Source: an uncultured Actinomycetes bacterium (GTDB lineage: Bacteria > Actinomycetota > UBA4738 > HRBIN12). From it: 44,171 bases of DNA. Made by a program: the position numbers and the translations under genes. The notes beneath the pieces are model-generated. The model was not told the origin of the DNA. It worked only from the letters and a program-made list of their open reading frames with translations, and did not search any database. Position 1 is the stretch's first letter. Each line of letters opens with the position of its first letter. Positions 8,637 to 17,468 of the stretch are shown in pieces. The stretch lies in the NCBI GenBank assembly GCA_963704885.1, contig CAVPIB010000016.1:1-44171 (forward strand), in the 5' to 3' direction.

Positions 8637-9682
8637 TGCCGACCCAACAGGTGGAGGCCGGTGCGGCAGGGCACGGCGCAGAGCCGCGCGGCAAGCGGAG
8701 CGAAGACGGCCAGGCGACCTATCTCGTCGCGATCGCCGAGGCGCTGTGGGAGGAGATGGAGCGAGACGATCGCGTCTACCTCCTGGGTGAAGACATAGGC
8801 GCGTACGGAGGTGCGTTCAAGGTCACGGAAGGCTTCATCGAGCACTTCGGAGCGGATCGGGTCATGGACACGCCGATCGCCGAGGAGACCATCGTGGGAG
8901 CTGCGATCGGGTCGGCGATGGAGGGATTGCGGCCCATCGCAGAGTTCCAGTACGCCGATTTCATGACCTCGGGGTTCGACGAGATCACCACCACGCTCGC
9001 CCGCTATCACTACCGCAGCGGCGTACCGCTCCCGGTGGTGCTGCGGGCCCCATCGGGCGGAGGTGTTCGGGCTTCGAACTTCCACTCCACCAACCCCGAG
9101 CCGTGGTTCGCGCATCAGCCCGGACTGAAAGTGGTGTGCCCCGCGTTCCCTTCGGATGCCAAGGGTCTGCTGAAGTCTGCTGTCCGCGACGACAATCCCG
9201 TGGTCTACCTGGAGCACAAGTGGATCTACCGACGGATCAAGGAGCAGGTCCCGGAGGATCCGGACTTCCTGGTGCCCCTGGGCAGCGCCGAGGTCAAACG
9301 ACGAGGGTCCGACGTGACGATCGTGTCCTACGGGGCCATGGTTCATCGGGCGTTGGAGGCGGCGGAGAACCTGGCCGGCCGGGGCGTCGACGTCGAGGTG
9401 GTCGATCTCCGGTCGATCGTGCCGCTGGATGAGGAGACCGTTCTCCGATCCATAGAGAAGACCGCGCGAGCGCTGGTGCTTCACGAGTCGTACCGTTTCC
9501 TCGGTGTCGGCGCCGAGGTCGCGGCCGTGATCGCGGAGCGCGCGTTCGAGCATCTGGACGCGCCGGTGATGCGTTTGGCGCCTCCTAGCGTTCCGGTGCC
9601 GTTCTCTCCCCCGCTGGAGGACGCGTTCCTTCCCCAGGTGGCCGATATCGAGGCAGCCGTCGACCGGCTGTCCGCGTGGTGA
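8636..9682 (+). CDS. 2-oxoacid dehydrogenase E1 beta subunit
   Basis: LGEDIGAYGG, DTPIAE, EFQYADF, LEHKWIY, VVDLRS; TGATG coupling at 8634-8638. Confidence 0.93.
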   Translation: MPTQQVEAGAAGHGAEPRGKRSEDGQATYLVAIAEALWEEMERDDRVYLLGEDIGAYGGAFKVTEGFIEHFGADRVMDTPIAEETIVGAAIGSAMEGLRPIAEFQYADFMTSGFDEITTTLARYHYRSGVPLPVVLRAPSGGGVRASNFHSTNPEPWFAHQPGLKVVCPAFPSDAKGLLKSAVRDDNPVVYLEHKWIYRRIKEQVPEDPDFLVPLGSAEVKRRGSDVTIVSYGAMVHRALEAAENLAGRGVDVEVVDLRSIVPLDEETVLRSIEKTARALVLHESYRFLGVGAEVAAVIAERAFEHLDAPVMRLAPPSVPVPFSPPLEDAFLPQVADIEAAVDRLSAW

Positions 9683-9701
9683 GGGGCGAGGGGGAGGAAA
9701 C

Positions 9702-10991
9702 GTGACATCCATCCAGATGCCGCAGCTGGGCGAGACGATCATCGAGGGCACCATCTTGAAGTGGCTGAAGAAGGAGGGCGAATCGATCGAAACCGACGAG
9801 CCGCTGTTCGAGATCTCCACGGACAAGGTCGACACCGAGGTGCCGTCGCCGGTCACTGGTGTGGTTACGAAGATCCTGGTGGCCGAAGGCGAGACCGTAC
9901 CCGTCGGAACGCATCTGGCTGAGATCGACTCGGGTGAGACCTCGGGCACGGGGGCGGCAACATCGTCGGGTCATCCCTCCGCGGCGCCATCCTCGGGTTC
10001 GTCTGACCCGGCCGGCGCCAAGGTTCCTCCAGGGTCCTCCTCCGCCCCAACGCCCTCTGCCCCGATAGCGGCGACCGCCGCATCGCTTCCCGATCGCGGA
10101 CCTCGCTCGCAGATCCTCTCTCCGCTGGTACGGAAGCTGGCCGAGGAGCACGACCTAGACCTGGCCGGTATCGCCGGCACAGGGACGGGAGGGCGGATCA
10201 CCAAGAAGGACGTGATGGCCGCAGTCGAAGGCGGCGCCACCTCGGCCGCACCCGCCCTGCGGGCGGTCCCTTCGCCCGCCGCCACCGGAGCGGGCGACGA
10301 GATCGTACCGATGTCCCACATCCGCAAGGCGATCGCTTCCCACATGTTGGGCTCGCTCCAGACGACGGCACGCGCTTGGAACATGGTCGAGGTCAACATG
10401 GAGGCCGTGGTCCGCCTCCGGGAGCGCAGCAAGGAGGCGTTCGCCGCGCGCGAGGGTTTCAATCTCACCTACACGCCGTTCGTCGCCCGCGCCGTGACCG
10501 AGGCCCTCTTGACCTTCCCGATGGTCAATGCCGAGCTCCGCGGCGAGGAGCTGATCGTCCGCCATACCGTGAACATGGGGATCGCCGTCTCATACGAGGA
10601 CGGACTGATCGTCCCCGTGGTGAAGGGCGCCGACACCATGAACCTGGCCGGGATCGCGCGCGCAGTGAACGACCTGGCCACGCGGGCGCGCGCGAAGAAA
10701 CTGCTCCCAGATGAGGTGCAGGGATCAACGTTCTCGATCACGAACCCCGGCCCGTTCGGATCGATCATGTCGGTGCCGATCATCAACACGCCGAACACCG
10801 CGATCCTGGCGTTCGACGCGATCGAGAAACGGCCGGTGGTGATCGACGACGCCATCGCGATCCGACACATGGTCTACATCTCGATGTCATGGGACCACCG
10901 CGTGATCGACGGTGTCCTCGCGTCGCAGTTCCTGGGCCGGGTGAAGGAGAACCTCGAAACCTGGGACTTCACCGAAGACCTGGGCGTGTAG
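9702..10991 (+). CDS. Dihydrolipoamide acyltransferase (E2)
   Basis: Lipoyl domain MPQLGE...STDKVDTEV, E3-binding GTGTGGRITKKD, catalytic WDHRVIDG. Confidence 0.95.
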   Translation: MTSIQMPQLGETIIEGTILKWLKKEGESIETDEPLFEISTDKVDTEVPSPVTGVVTKILVAEGETVPVGTHLAEIDSGETSGTGAATSSGHPSAAPSSGSSDPAGAKVPPGSSSAPTPSAPIAATAASLPDRGPRSQILSPLVRKLAEEHDLDLAGIAGTGTGGRITKKDVMAAVEGGATSAAPALRAVPSPAATGAGDEIVPMSHIRKAIASHMLGSLQTTARAWNMVEVNMEAVVRLRERSKEAFAAREGFNLTYTPFVARAVTEALLTFPMVNAELRGEELIVRHTVNMGIAVSYEDGLIVPVVKGADTMNLAGIARAVNDLATRARAKKLLPDEVQGSTFSITNPGPFGSIMSVPIINTPNTAILAFDAIEKRPVVIDDAIAIRHMVYISMSWDHRVIDGVLASQFLGRVKENLETWDFTEDLGV

Positions 10992-10994
10992 CTC

Positions 10995-11711
10995 GTGCCT
11001 CGGGAAACGTGGCTGATCGAGCCATGGGGTCAGATCCCGTACGGTCCTTCCAACGATGCGATGCACTCGCTCGCTGAGCGACGGCTCGTCGGCGAGATTC
11101 CCGACACCGTGATCCTCCTCGAGCACCCTCCCGTCTTCACCGCAGGGCGACGCTCGAGACCCGATGAACTGTTGTGGTCGTCGGCGGAGGTCACCTCGCG
11201 CGGCGCGGAGGTCCACCGCATCGACCGCGGCGGCTCGTTCACATTCCACGGACCGGGGCAGTTGGTGGGCTATCCCATCTTGGATCTCGGGCCCACGCCC
11301 GACGCAGCCACGCACCTGCGTCGCATGGAAGAGGTCGTGATCCGAGCGGCGGCCGACATCGGAGTGCGTCTACATCGCCGCGAGGACATCCAGACGGGGG
11401 TGTGGTCCGGCGATCGAAAGGTCTGCGCGATCGGTCTGCGGCTGATGCGCGCCCGCGTAACGCTCCACGGATTCGCTGTGAACTGCAACACGGATCTGTC
11501 ATGGTTCCGAGGGATCGTCGCGTGCGGTCTCCCGGATCACGGTGTCGCGTCGCTCAGCGAGCTCGCCGGGCGAGTCGTGACCGTTGCCGAGCTACGACCG
11601 CTGGTGAGATATCACACGGCGAGCGTGTTCCGACTCTCCTTCACACCGATCCCCGACGACGAGCGACACGCGTGGCCCGACGCGGTTGAGTCCTCTACAG
11701 CAACCGCCTAG
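10995..11711 (+). CDS. lipB: Lipoyl(octanoyl) transferase
   Basis: LLEHPPVFTAG, DRGGSFTFHGPGQLVGYPI, KVCAIG, HGFAVN, IVACG. Confidence 0.95.
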   Translation: MPRETWLIEPWGQIPYGPSNDAMHSLAERRLVGEIPDTVILLEHPPVFTAGRRSRPDELLWSSAEVTSRGAEVHRIDRGGSFTFHGPGQLVGYPILDLGPTPDAATHLRRMEEVVIRAAADIGVRLHRREDIQTGVWSGDRKVCAIGLRLMRARVTLHGFAVNCNTDLSWFRGIVACGLPDHGVASLSELAGRVVTVAELRPLVRYHTASVFRLSFTPIPDDERHAWPDAVESSTATA

Positions 11712-11782
11712 GGGATCCACCACCCCTTTCCGACTAAAGGTTGCCCGGAGGAGGTGTCGGTCCGCTCCGTCCCCTTCGGCAC

Positions 11783-13183
11783 TCAGGGGCACCCGCTGCC
11801 GACGCAAGCCCGGTCCATGGCGAGTCGACCCGAGAGGCGAGCCACGTCGGGGTCGTTGCCCGGCCTCCCGTCGTGCAGGAGGTTCCGGAGCTCGGCCGGG
11901 TCCCTCACGAGGTTGTAATACTCACGGAACGTCACTGACCCGTCGTCGCCGTACCACTCGATGTATTGAAAGCGCGTTCGGCGGACAGAGCCCCAACCCG
12001 GGATCGTGGGCGAATCGGCGCTCCTCCAATACTCCAAGAGCTGCCGATGCCTGGAGGTCGTTGTTAGCAGCGACCGGCCATCAAGCGGGTAGCGAAGCGG
12101 GGGGACCAGGGCGGCCGCATCGAGGATCGTCGGGAGGATGTCGACGTTCGCAGCCAGCCTATCTTCGGTCACTCCTTCATCGACGTGTTCGGGCCATCTC
12201 ATGAGGAACGGCACACCGACTGACTCGACGTAGGGGAACCGCTTCTGGTCTCCGATGCGATGCTCACCCCACAGGTAGCCGTTGTCTGACGTGAAGATCG
12301 CCAGCGTGTCGGATGTCTCTCCCGTCGCGTCGAGCTCGTCGAAAATCCGCTGCACCATGTCGTCGACCGACATCAGGGTCCTAAGCTGTTCGGCCCGAAG
12401 TCGGTTCGCCTGACCTCGCGAGAACGTCCGCCACTGCACCCAAGGCGGCTTGTCGCGGACGTTTCGCTCCTTGAAGCCAGGTCCCGGCCTCCAAGGAGGC
12501 ACGGAGGTGTCGAGATATGGCGCGTCCGATGTGAAGGGAGAGTGCGGCGCCTGCGGGGCCACGTAGAGGAACCACGGCGTCTCGTCGGACGATTCGAACG
12601 TGTGCAACATGTCCACGGAACGGTCGGCCAGGATGTTCGAGGAGTACCCCGTGATCCGCGTGACAGAGCCATCGACGTTGAACACCGGATCCACATACCC
12701 TCCGCCGAAGATCGCCCATCGGTCGAAGTTCGGCGGGTCCTGGCCAACCGGCCAAGTGGTGAAGAACTTCCCGGCGATCCCGGTCTGGTATCCGGCCTCG
12801 TGCAGGTACGCCTGGATCGTCGCCCGCTGGTCGAACGCCTGCACGGCGTCGTGGTCCGTATTCGTGTGAACACCCGTGTTGTGTGCGTAACGCCCGCTGA
12901 AGATCGAAGACCGCGACGGGCAGCAGAGCGGCGTTGTCACCATGAAGTTCGGGTAGTTCGTTCCTTGGTCTTCGAACAGCTCGCGCGTCTTCGGCATGAC
13001 CGTGAGGGTGTCGGCAGCCGCCCGCTGATCGTCGGTGACGATCAGAAGGATGTTCGGCCCAGAAGGAGCGGAGGGTGGGGCGTCGCCAGTCGCGAACACG
13101 TGGCCCAAGGCCGGCGCCAACAACGCGCCTGATGCGAGGATTGGGACGAGGCGGCGGCGGGAGGAGCGTGGATCACGCCTCAC
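11783..13183 (-). CDS. Secreted formylglycine-dependent (S1) sulfatase, N-acetylglucosamine-6-sulfatase-like
   Basis: PNILLIVTDDQ, CCPSRSSIFSG (CxPxR), FTSDNGYLWGEH, DPAELRNL; N-terminal RRR plus hydrophobic signal. Confidence 0.92.
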   Translation of the reverse strand: MRRDPRSSRRRLVPILASGALLAPALGHVFATGDAPPSAPSGPNILLIVTDDQRAAADTLTVMPKTRELFEDQGTNYPNFMVTTPLCCPSRSSIFSGRYAHNTGVHTNTDHDAVQAFDQRATIQAYLHEAGYQTGIAGKFFTTWPVGQDPPNFDRWAIFGGGYVDPVFNVDGSVTRITGYSSNILADRSVDMLHTFESSDETPWFLYVAPQAPHSPFTSDAPYLDTSVPPWRPGPGFKERNVRDKPPWVQWRTFSRGQANRLRAEQLRTLMSVDDMVQRIFDELDATGETSDTLAIFTSDNGYLWGEHRIGDQKRFPYVESVGVPFLMRWPEHVDEGVTEDRLAANVDILPTILDAAALVPPLRYPLDGRSLLTTTSRHRQLLEYWRSADSPTIPGWGSVRRTRFQYIEWYGDDGSVTFREYYNLVRDPAELRNLLHDGRPGNDPDVARLSGRLAMDRACVGSGCP

Positions 13184-13358
13184 AGATAGTCCTTCTCAAG
13201 GTCTGCGTTCGAGGCCTTCATTCAACCAGCTCAGCACCCGTTCGTGGATGGTGTCACCCGCTCCGAGGCCCTCGGTGAGGAACTCGTGGCCCTCCCGGCG
13301 ACCTCCGGCTCACCACAGCAGGCCAGGTGGTGTCCCCCGAACCCCCCGACCGGGGGAC

Positions 13359-13386
13359 TAAAGAGCCGATACGCCAGGGTCGATAA
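13359..13386 (+). promoter_or_regulatory. sigma28/WhiG-like promoter
   Basis: TAAA-N16-GTCGATAA against consensus TAAA-N15/16-GCCGATAA, placed about 30 nt before the riboswitch. Confidence 0.55.
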
Positions 13387-13411
13387 CCACCGAGACAAGG
13401 ATACCCAGACA

Positions 13412-13505
13412 GGGATACCGATAGGCAATCTGCGAACGGGCGAACCCGTCGGGAGGCGGGGGCGCAAAGCTCCAGACCCAGACCGGGTGGCTGAGCTGCC
13501 GAACA
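13412..13505 (+). ncRNA. c-di-GMP-I (GEMM) riboswitch aptamer, variant
   Basis: GGCAA...GGGA...GGCGCAAAGCTC...GAGCTGCCGAA with stems CTGC/GCGG, AGCTC/GAGCT, CAG/CTG and ACCC/GGGT, in the 5' UTR of a secreted protein. Recognised by eye, not by covariance model. Confidence 0.8.
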
Positions 13506-13522
13506 GAGAGCGGGTCATCGCA

Positions 13523-13551
13523 CCCCCGTTCCGCGGATGCCCGGAAGGGGG
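13523..13551 (+). promoter_or_regulatory. RBS-sequestering hairpin (candidate riboswitch expression platform)
   Basis: CCCCC-G-TTCCG pairs with CGGAA-GGGGG, the purine tract 7 nt before ATG 13559. Confidence 0.55.
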
Positions 13552-13558
13552 GAACACG

Positions 13559-15364
13559 ATGGCATATGGTGACGGAGGTCGTTCTTGGACCTACACCGTC
13601 CGCGAGCACCGAGTCAGTGTCTCGCTCGTGGGTTTGGCTGCCATCCTCATGCTTCTCGCGACGTTGCTGCCTCGGGGGACGGCTTCGGCTGCCGCAAGCG
13701 GTCCACCTGCTGTGCTATTCCCCGCGAACGGAGCCTACTTCGGATCTCGGGTAGCCCCCAGAGCGGGTGAGTCACAGGCCGACGCGATCCTCCGTATCGA
13801 AAGCCAGATCGGACGTCGGTTCGCGATCGACCATGAGTACTACGACTGGAATAGCTCGTTCCCGACTCAGGAACAGACGTGGACAGTGAGTCAGGGCAGG
13901 ATCCCGTTCCTCAACTGGAAGGCCGGGAGCAGCTGGAGCGCGATCGCGAATGGCTCCCAAGACGCCACTATCATCGCCCGAGCCGAGGCGATAAAGAGCT
14001 TCGGTTACCCCATGTACCTGGCCTTCCACCACGAACCAGAGGACGATCTCGCTTCGTTCGGATCCCCAACGGACTACGCCGCCGCATCTCGTCGTATCGT
14101 CGAAGTTTTCCGCGCTCGCGGCGTATCGAACGTCGCGTTCGTGTGGACGATGATGTCCTGGACGTTCAACTCACGGTCCGGCCGAGACCCTTCGGCGTAC
14201 TACCCAGGAGACGGATATGTGGACGCCGTCGGAAGCGACGGTTACAACTGGTACCCGGGTCGCGCCGGCGACAAGTGGAGATCCTTCCAGGAGATCTACC
14301 AGCCAACCAACGACTTCGCGGTTGCGCACAACAAGCCGTGGATGGCGGTCGAATACGGAGTGATGGAGGATCCAGAGGTGTCAGGGCGAAAGGCCCAGTG
14401 GTTCCTCGACGCGCTCCCCGCAGCCAAGGGCTGGCCCAACCTGAAGGCGTTGGTGTACTTCGACATGACCAAGCTCTATCCATGGGATACGGATAGCTCC
14501 GCCTCGTCCATGAGCGCATACCGGCAGATCAGCAGGGATCCCTATCTGAACCCGGGTGGGGGCGCCGTCCCCGCTCCATCTCCGTCTCCGGCACCATCGC
14601 CGTCTCCGTCCCCGTCTCCGGCACCATCGCCGTCTCCGGCACCATCGCCGTCTCCGGCACCATCGCCGTCCCCGTCCCCGTCCCCGTCTCCGTCTCCGTC
14701 TCCGATGGCACCTGGCACCCTGGCGAACACGCTCAACGGTGGCGTCCTCGGCTCGACTTTGGTCGGAGCCAGCACAGGTGGGGGAAATGGCGTTCCGTTC
14801 GACACGGTCGTGGCTAGCGGTAACGCCCAGCTCACGTATGACAACACCCATACCCGCGGCGTCGGCCTTTCAGCTCGGCACACCGTCGGCTCACGAGGCA
14901 ACTCCTACTACGAGTGGAACAATTCGCTGGGATCGCCCTCGACATGGTACGGCCGCGTGTATCTCCATCTCGACCGTGCCCCTTCGGGCGACATCCGGCT
15001 CATCAGAGTGGAACGCAACGGGAATCTCTCTGCGGTGATCGAAGTCACCCGACGAGGCACCGTGAGGGTCAGAGATGGGGCGAACAAGATCATCGCGTCG
15101 TCCACCCAACCGGTCGTCATCGGCGCATGGGTTCGGATCGAATGGATGGTCGACCATGCGACCGGGAGGGTGGCGGTCCGCTTGTTCAACAGCCCGAACC
15201 TCACGACGCCCACCGAGACGCTGTTGACCGCAGCAGGGCAAGCCATCGGCGCGAGCGCCGACGAGGTGCAGATCGGCCGCTCGGGTTCGCAGGCCTTCTC
15301 GGAGGTCTTCTGGACGGACGACCCCGCCCTCAGCACTTCGGGCTACGTTGGACCGGTCGCCTAA
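13559..15364 (+). CDS. Secreted GH26-like glycoside hydrolase with Pro/Ser linker and C-terminal beta-sandwich domain
   Basis: Signal ending ASA-A; FHHEPED acid/base, YYPGDGYVDAVGSDGYNW, AVEYG nucleophile. Confidence 0.82.
   Translation: MAYGDGGRSWTYTVREHRVSVSLVGLAAILMLLATLLPRGTASAAASGPPAVLFPANGAYFGSRVAPRAGESQADAILRIESQIGRRFAIDHEYYDWNSSFPTQEQTWTVSQGRIPFLNWKAGSSWSAIANGSQDATIIARAEAIKSFGYPMYLAFHHEPEDDLASFGSPTDYAAASRRIVEVFRARGVSNVAFVWTMMSWTFNSRSGRDPSAYYPGDGYVDAVGSDGYNWYPGRAGDKWRSFQEIYQPTNDFAVAHNKPWMAVEYGVMEDPEVSGRKAQWFLDALPAAKGWPNLKALVYFDMTKLYPWDTDSSASSMSAYRQISRDPYLNPGGGAVPAPSPSPAPSPSPSPSPAPSPSPAPSPSPAPSPSPSPSPSPSPSPMAPGTLANTLNGGVLGSTLVGASTGGGNGVPFDTVVASGNAQLTYDNTHTRGVGLSARHTVGSRGNSYYEWNNSLGSPSTWYGRVYLHLDRAPSGDIRLIRVERNGNLSAVIEVTRRGTVRVRDGANKIIASSTQPVVIGAWVRIEWMVDHATGRVAVRLFNSPNLTTPTETLLTAAGQAIGASADEVQIGRSGSQAFSEVFWTDDPALSTSGYVGPVA
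14571..14704 (+). repeat. Coding tandem repeat (PSPAPS/PS linker)
   Basis: Repeated 18-nt unit CCGTCTCCGGCACCATCG plus CCGTCT/CCGTCC hexamers. Confidence 0.9.
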
Positions 15365-15389
15365 GGCAGCGCAGCACTCGACCGACGCG

Positions 15390-15420
15390 GAGAGAGCCCC
15401 GACCATGTCGGGGCTCTCTC
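15390..15420 (+). terminator. Terminator-like hairpin
   Basis: 14-bp perfect stem GAGAGAGCCCCGAC-CAT-GTCGGGGCTCTCTC after stop 15364. Confidence 0.8.
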
Positions 15421-15430
15421 ATGTGAGAGG

Positions 15431-15459
15431 TTGCCACCCTCCACCCGCCTCGTTATCAT
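15431..15459 (+). promoter_or_regulatory. Housekeeping sigma70-type promoter
   Basis: TTGCCA-N17-TATCAT immediately after the terminator. Confidence 0.65.
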
Positions 15460-15593
15460 GAGCGCTTCGACACACACCCTTCTCCGCTGATCGAAGGGAT
15501 TCAGGGATGTGTGCGTTCAGGGTCTGGCAACTTCCCCCGCTCGGCGCCCGCGTGTCGACGGCCCGTCCCGTTTTGTTCGAATGATCGAACGGT

Positions 15594-15607
15594 AGGGAGC
15601 GCTCCGA
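15594..15607. promoter_or_regulatory. LacI-family (CebR/CelR-like) operator candidate
   Basis: AGGGAGCGCTCCGA matches TGGGAGCGCTCCCA at 12/14, with a perfect GGAGCGCTCC core. Confidence 0.4.
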
Positions 15608-15695
15608 ACGGTCGTCGTCCGTTCGATGGCGAACCCGTGATCGGCGTCGGATCGCGGCCGTCCAAACCGCCCGACCCGAGCAGGGATGGAGGTTC

Positions 15696-17414
15696 ATGCT
15701 GACACGCGACCGGAATCTTCCACACGTTTCGGGACTTAGACGAGGCCGATGGGTGACCATAACGTTGGCCGTCGCTCTCTTCTCATCGCTCCTCGCAGGC
15801 CCGCTCGCAGAGTCAGCCGCAGCCGCCTACCCGTCGAAACTGCTTCCCTCTTCGGGCCTCTACTTCGGATCGAGGGTGGGCCCGCGGGGCAATGAGACGA
15901 CGAAGGAGGCGCTCCAACGCGTTGAGTCCCAGATCGGTCGGAAGTTCGCCATCGACCACCAGTACTACAAGTGGAACGCGAAGATCCCGACTGCACATCA
16001 GAGTTGGGATGTAGACACCGGGCGTATCCCCTTCATCAACTGGAACGCGGGGAACACGGGCGGGTCACGAACCAGATGGAGCGCGATCGCGAACGGTTCG
16101 CAAGACGCGTGGATCCGCGAACGGGCAGATGCATTCATCGACTTCGGCGCACCGATCTACCTCGCCTTCCACCATGAACCCGAGAACGACCTCTCGAGCT
16201 TCGGCACACCGGCCGACTATGCGGCGGCGTCCCGTCGCATCGTGACGGTGTTCCGCGACCGAGGCGTAACCAACGTCGCCTTCGTGTGGACCATGATGGG
16301 TTGGACGTTCAATCCGCGCTCCGGCAGAGATGCTTTGGCCTACTACCCTGGTGACGCTTACGTCGACTTCATCGGCAGCGATGGATATAACTGGTACCCA
16401 GACCGCCCCGGCGACAAGTGGAACTCCTTCCAGACCATCTTCGACCCAACGAATTCATTCGCCGTGGCCCACGGCAAACCTTGGATGGCGGTCGAGTATG
16501 GGGTGCTGGAAGATCCGCAAGTGACGGGCAGGAAAGGTTCCTGGCTCCGAGACGCGCTCGCCACGGCGAAGCTCTGGCCGTCCCTGAAGGCGATGCTGTA
16601 CTTCGACATGTTCAAGGTTTATGAGTGGGACACGGATACCTCTTCGTCTTCGATGACCGCGTACCGGTCGATCGCCAACGACGTCTACGCGAATCCCGGA
16701 TCCGCCGGCACAGGTGGCGGCGGTGGCGGCGGTGGCGGGGGTGGCGGCGGTGGCGGCGGTGGCGGCGGCGGCGGCGGCGGCGGCGCCACGCTGACGAATA
16801 GCCTCGACGTAGGGCCGGCACGCGCCGACATCGTCGCGGGACAGAGCGTCTCCGCCGGAACCGCATTCAATGACGTCGGTGTGACCAACGGCGCCTCCGT
16901 GACCTACGACGCCACGCATCGGCTCGGCACGTACTCCGCGAAACACGTGCTGTTACCGAAGAGCGACTCGTACTACGCATGGACCGGTACAAGGAACGTG
17001 TGGTATGGCCATGTCTATCTTTGGATGGGGTCCCTGCCGTCCGGCGATCTTCGGCTAGTCCGTGGAACCTCGAACGGGTCGCTTCGGTGCGCGATAGACC
17101 TCCTGTCGACCGGCACCTTCCGGGTGGTGGATCAGTCGAACCGTACGATCCTCCGGACCTCGGTCCGTATCGAGACCGGCCGGTGGATCCGCATCGAGTG
17201 GAAGGTCGACCATACGCGCGGTGTGGTTGAGGTCCGGCTCTTCAACTCATCGACCGGCACGTCGGCCTCCGAGGTCGGCACCTCGGGGTCCGGAAGCTCC
17301 ATCGGGACCAGCGCGAACGAGTTCCAGTTCGGCAGGTCCGGCAGCCAGTCGTTCGCCGTCACGTTCTGGACCGATAGTCCGGCCCTCTCCTCCTCTGGCT
17401 ACCCGGCTTTGTGA
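15696..17414 (+). CDS. Secreted GH26-like glycoside hydrolase (paralog of 13559-15364) with poly-Gly linker
   Basis: FHHEPEN, YYPGDAYVDFIGSDGYNW, AVEYG; SD GGAGG; same C-terminal domain type. Confidence 0.82.
   Translation: MLTRDRNLPHVSGLRRGRWVTITLAVALFSSLLAGPLAESAAAAYPSKLLPSSGLYFGSRVGPRGNETTKEALQRVESQIGRKFAIDHQYYKWNAKIPTAHQSWDVDTGRIPFINWNAGNTGGSRTRWSAIANGSQDAWIRERADAFIDFGAPIYLAFHHEPENDLSSFGTPADYAAASRRIVTVFRDRGVTNVAFVWTMMGWTFNPRSGRDALAYYPGDAYVDFIGSDGYNWYPDRPGDKWNSFQTIFDPTNSFAVAHGKPWMAVEYGVLEDPQVTGRKGSWLRDALATAKLWPSLKAMLYFDMFKVYEWDTDTSSSSMTAYRSIANDVYANPGSAGTGGGGGGGGGGGGGGGGGGGGGGGGATLTNSLDVGPARADIVAGQSVSAGTAFNDVGVTNGASVTYDATHRLGTYSAKHVLLPKSDSYYAWTGTRNVWYGHVYLWMGSLPSGDLRLVRGTSNGSLRCAIDLLSTGTFRVVDQSNRTILRTSVRIETGRWIRIEWKVDHTRGVVEVRLFNSSTGTSASEVGTSGSGSSIGTSANEFQFGRSGSQSFAVTFWTDSPALSSSGYPAL
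16713..16784 (+). repeat. GGN trinucleotide run encoding 24 Gly
   Basis: 72 nt of GGC/GGT/GGG codons. Confidence 0.9.
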
Positions 17415-17416
17415 GC

Positions 17417-17467
17417 GTCACCGCACCGTCGACCGCCTCAGGCCGGGCTGTCGACGGTGACGGTCGA
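17417..17467. terminator. Hairpin between convergent genes
   Basis: CACCGTCGAC (17424-17433) pairs with GTCGACGGTG (17450-17459), with flanking extension. Confidence 0.6.
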
Positions 17468-17468
17468 C

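Noticed and set aside
13244-13558. N-terminal extension of the 706-aa ORF
   Set aside because: It spans the promoter and riboswitch; the signal peptide and RBS point to ATG 13559.
14571-16784. Tandem repeats as a CRISPR array or mobile repeat
   Set aside because: They are in-frame linker codons with no unique spacers and no cas genes.
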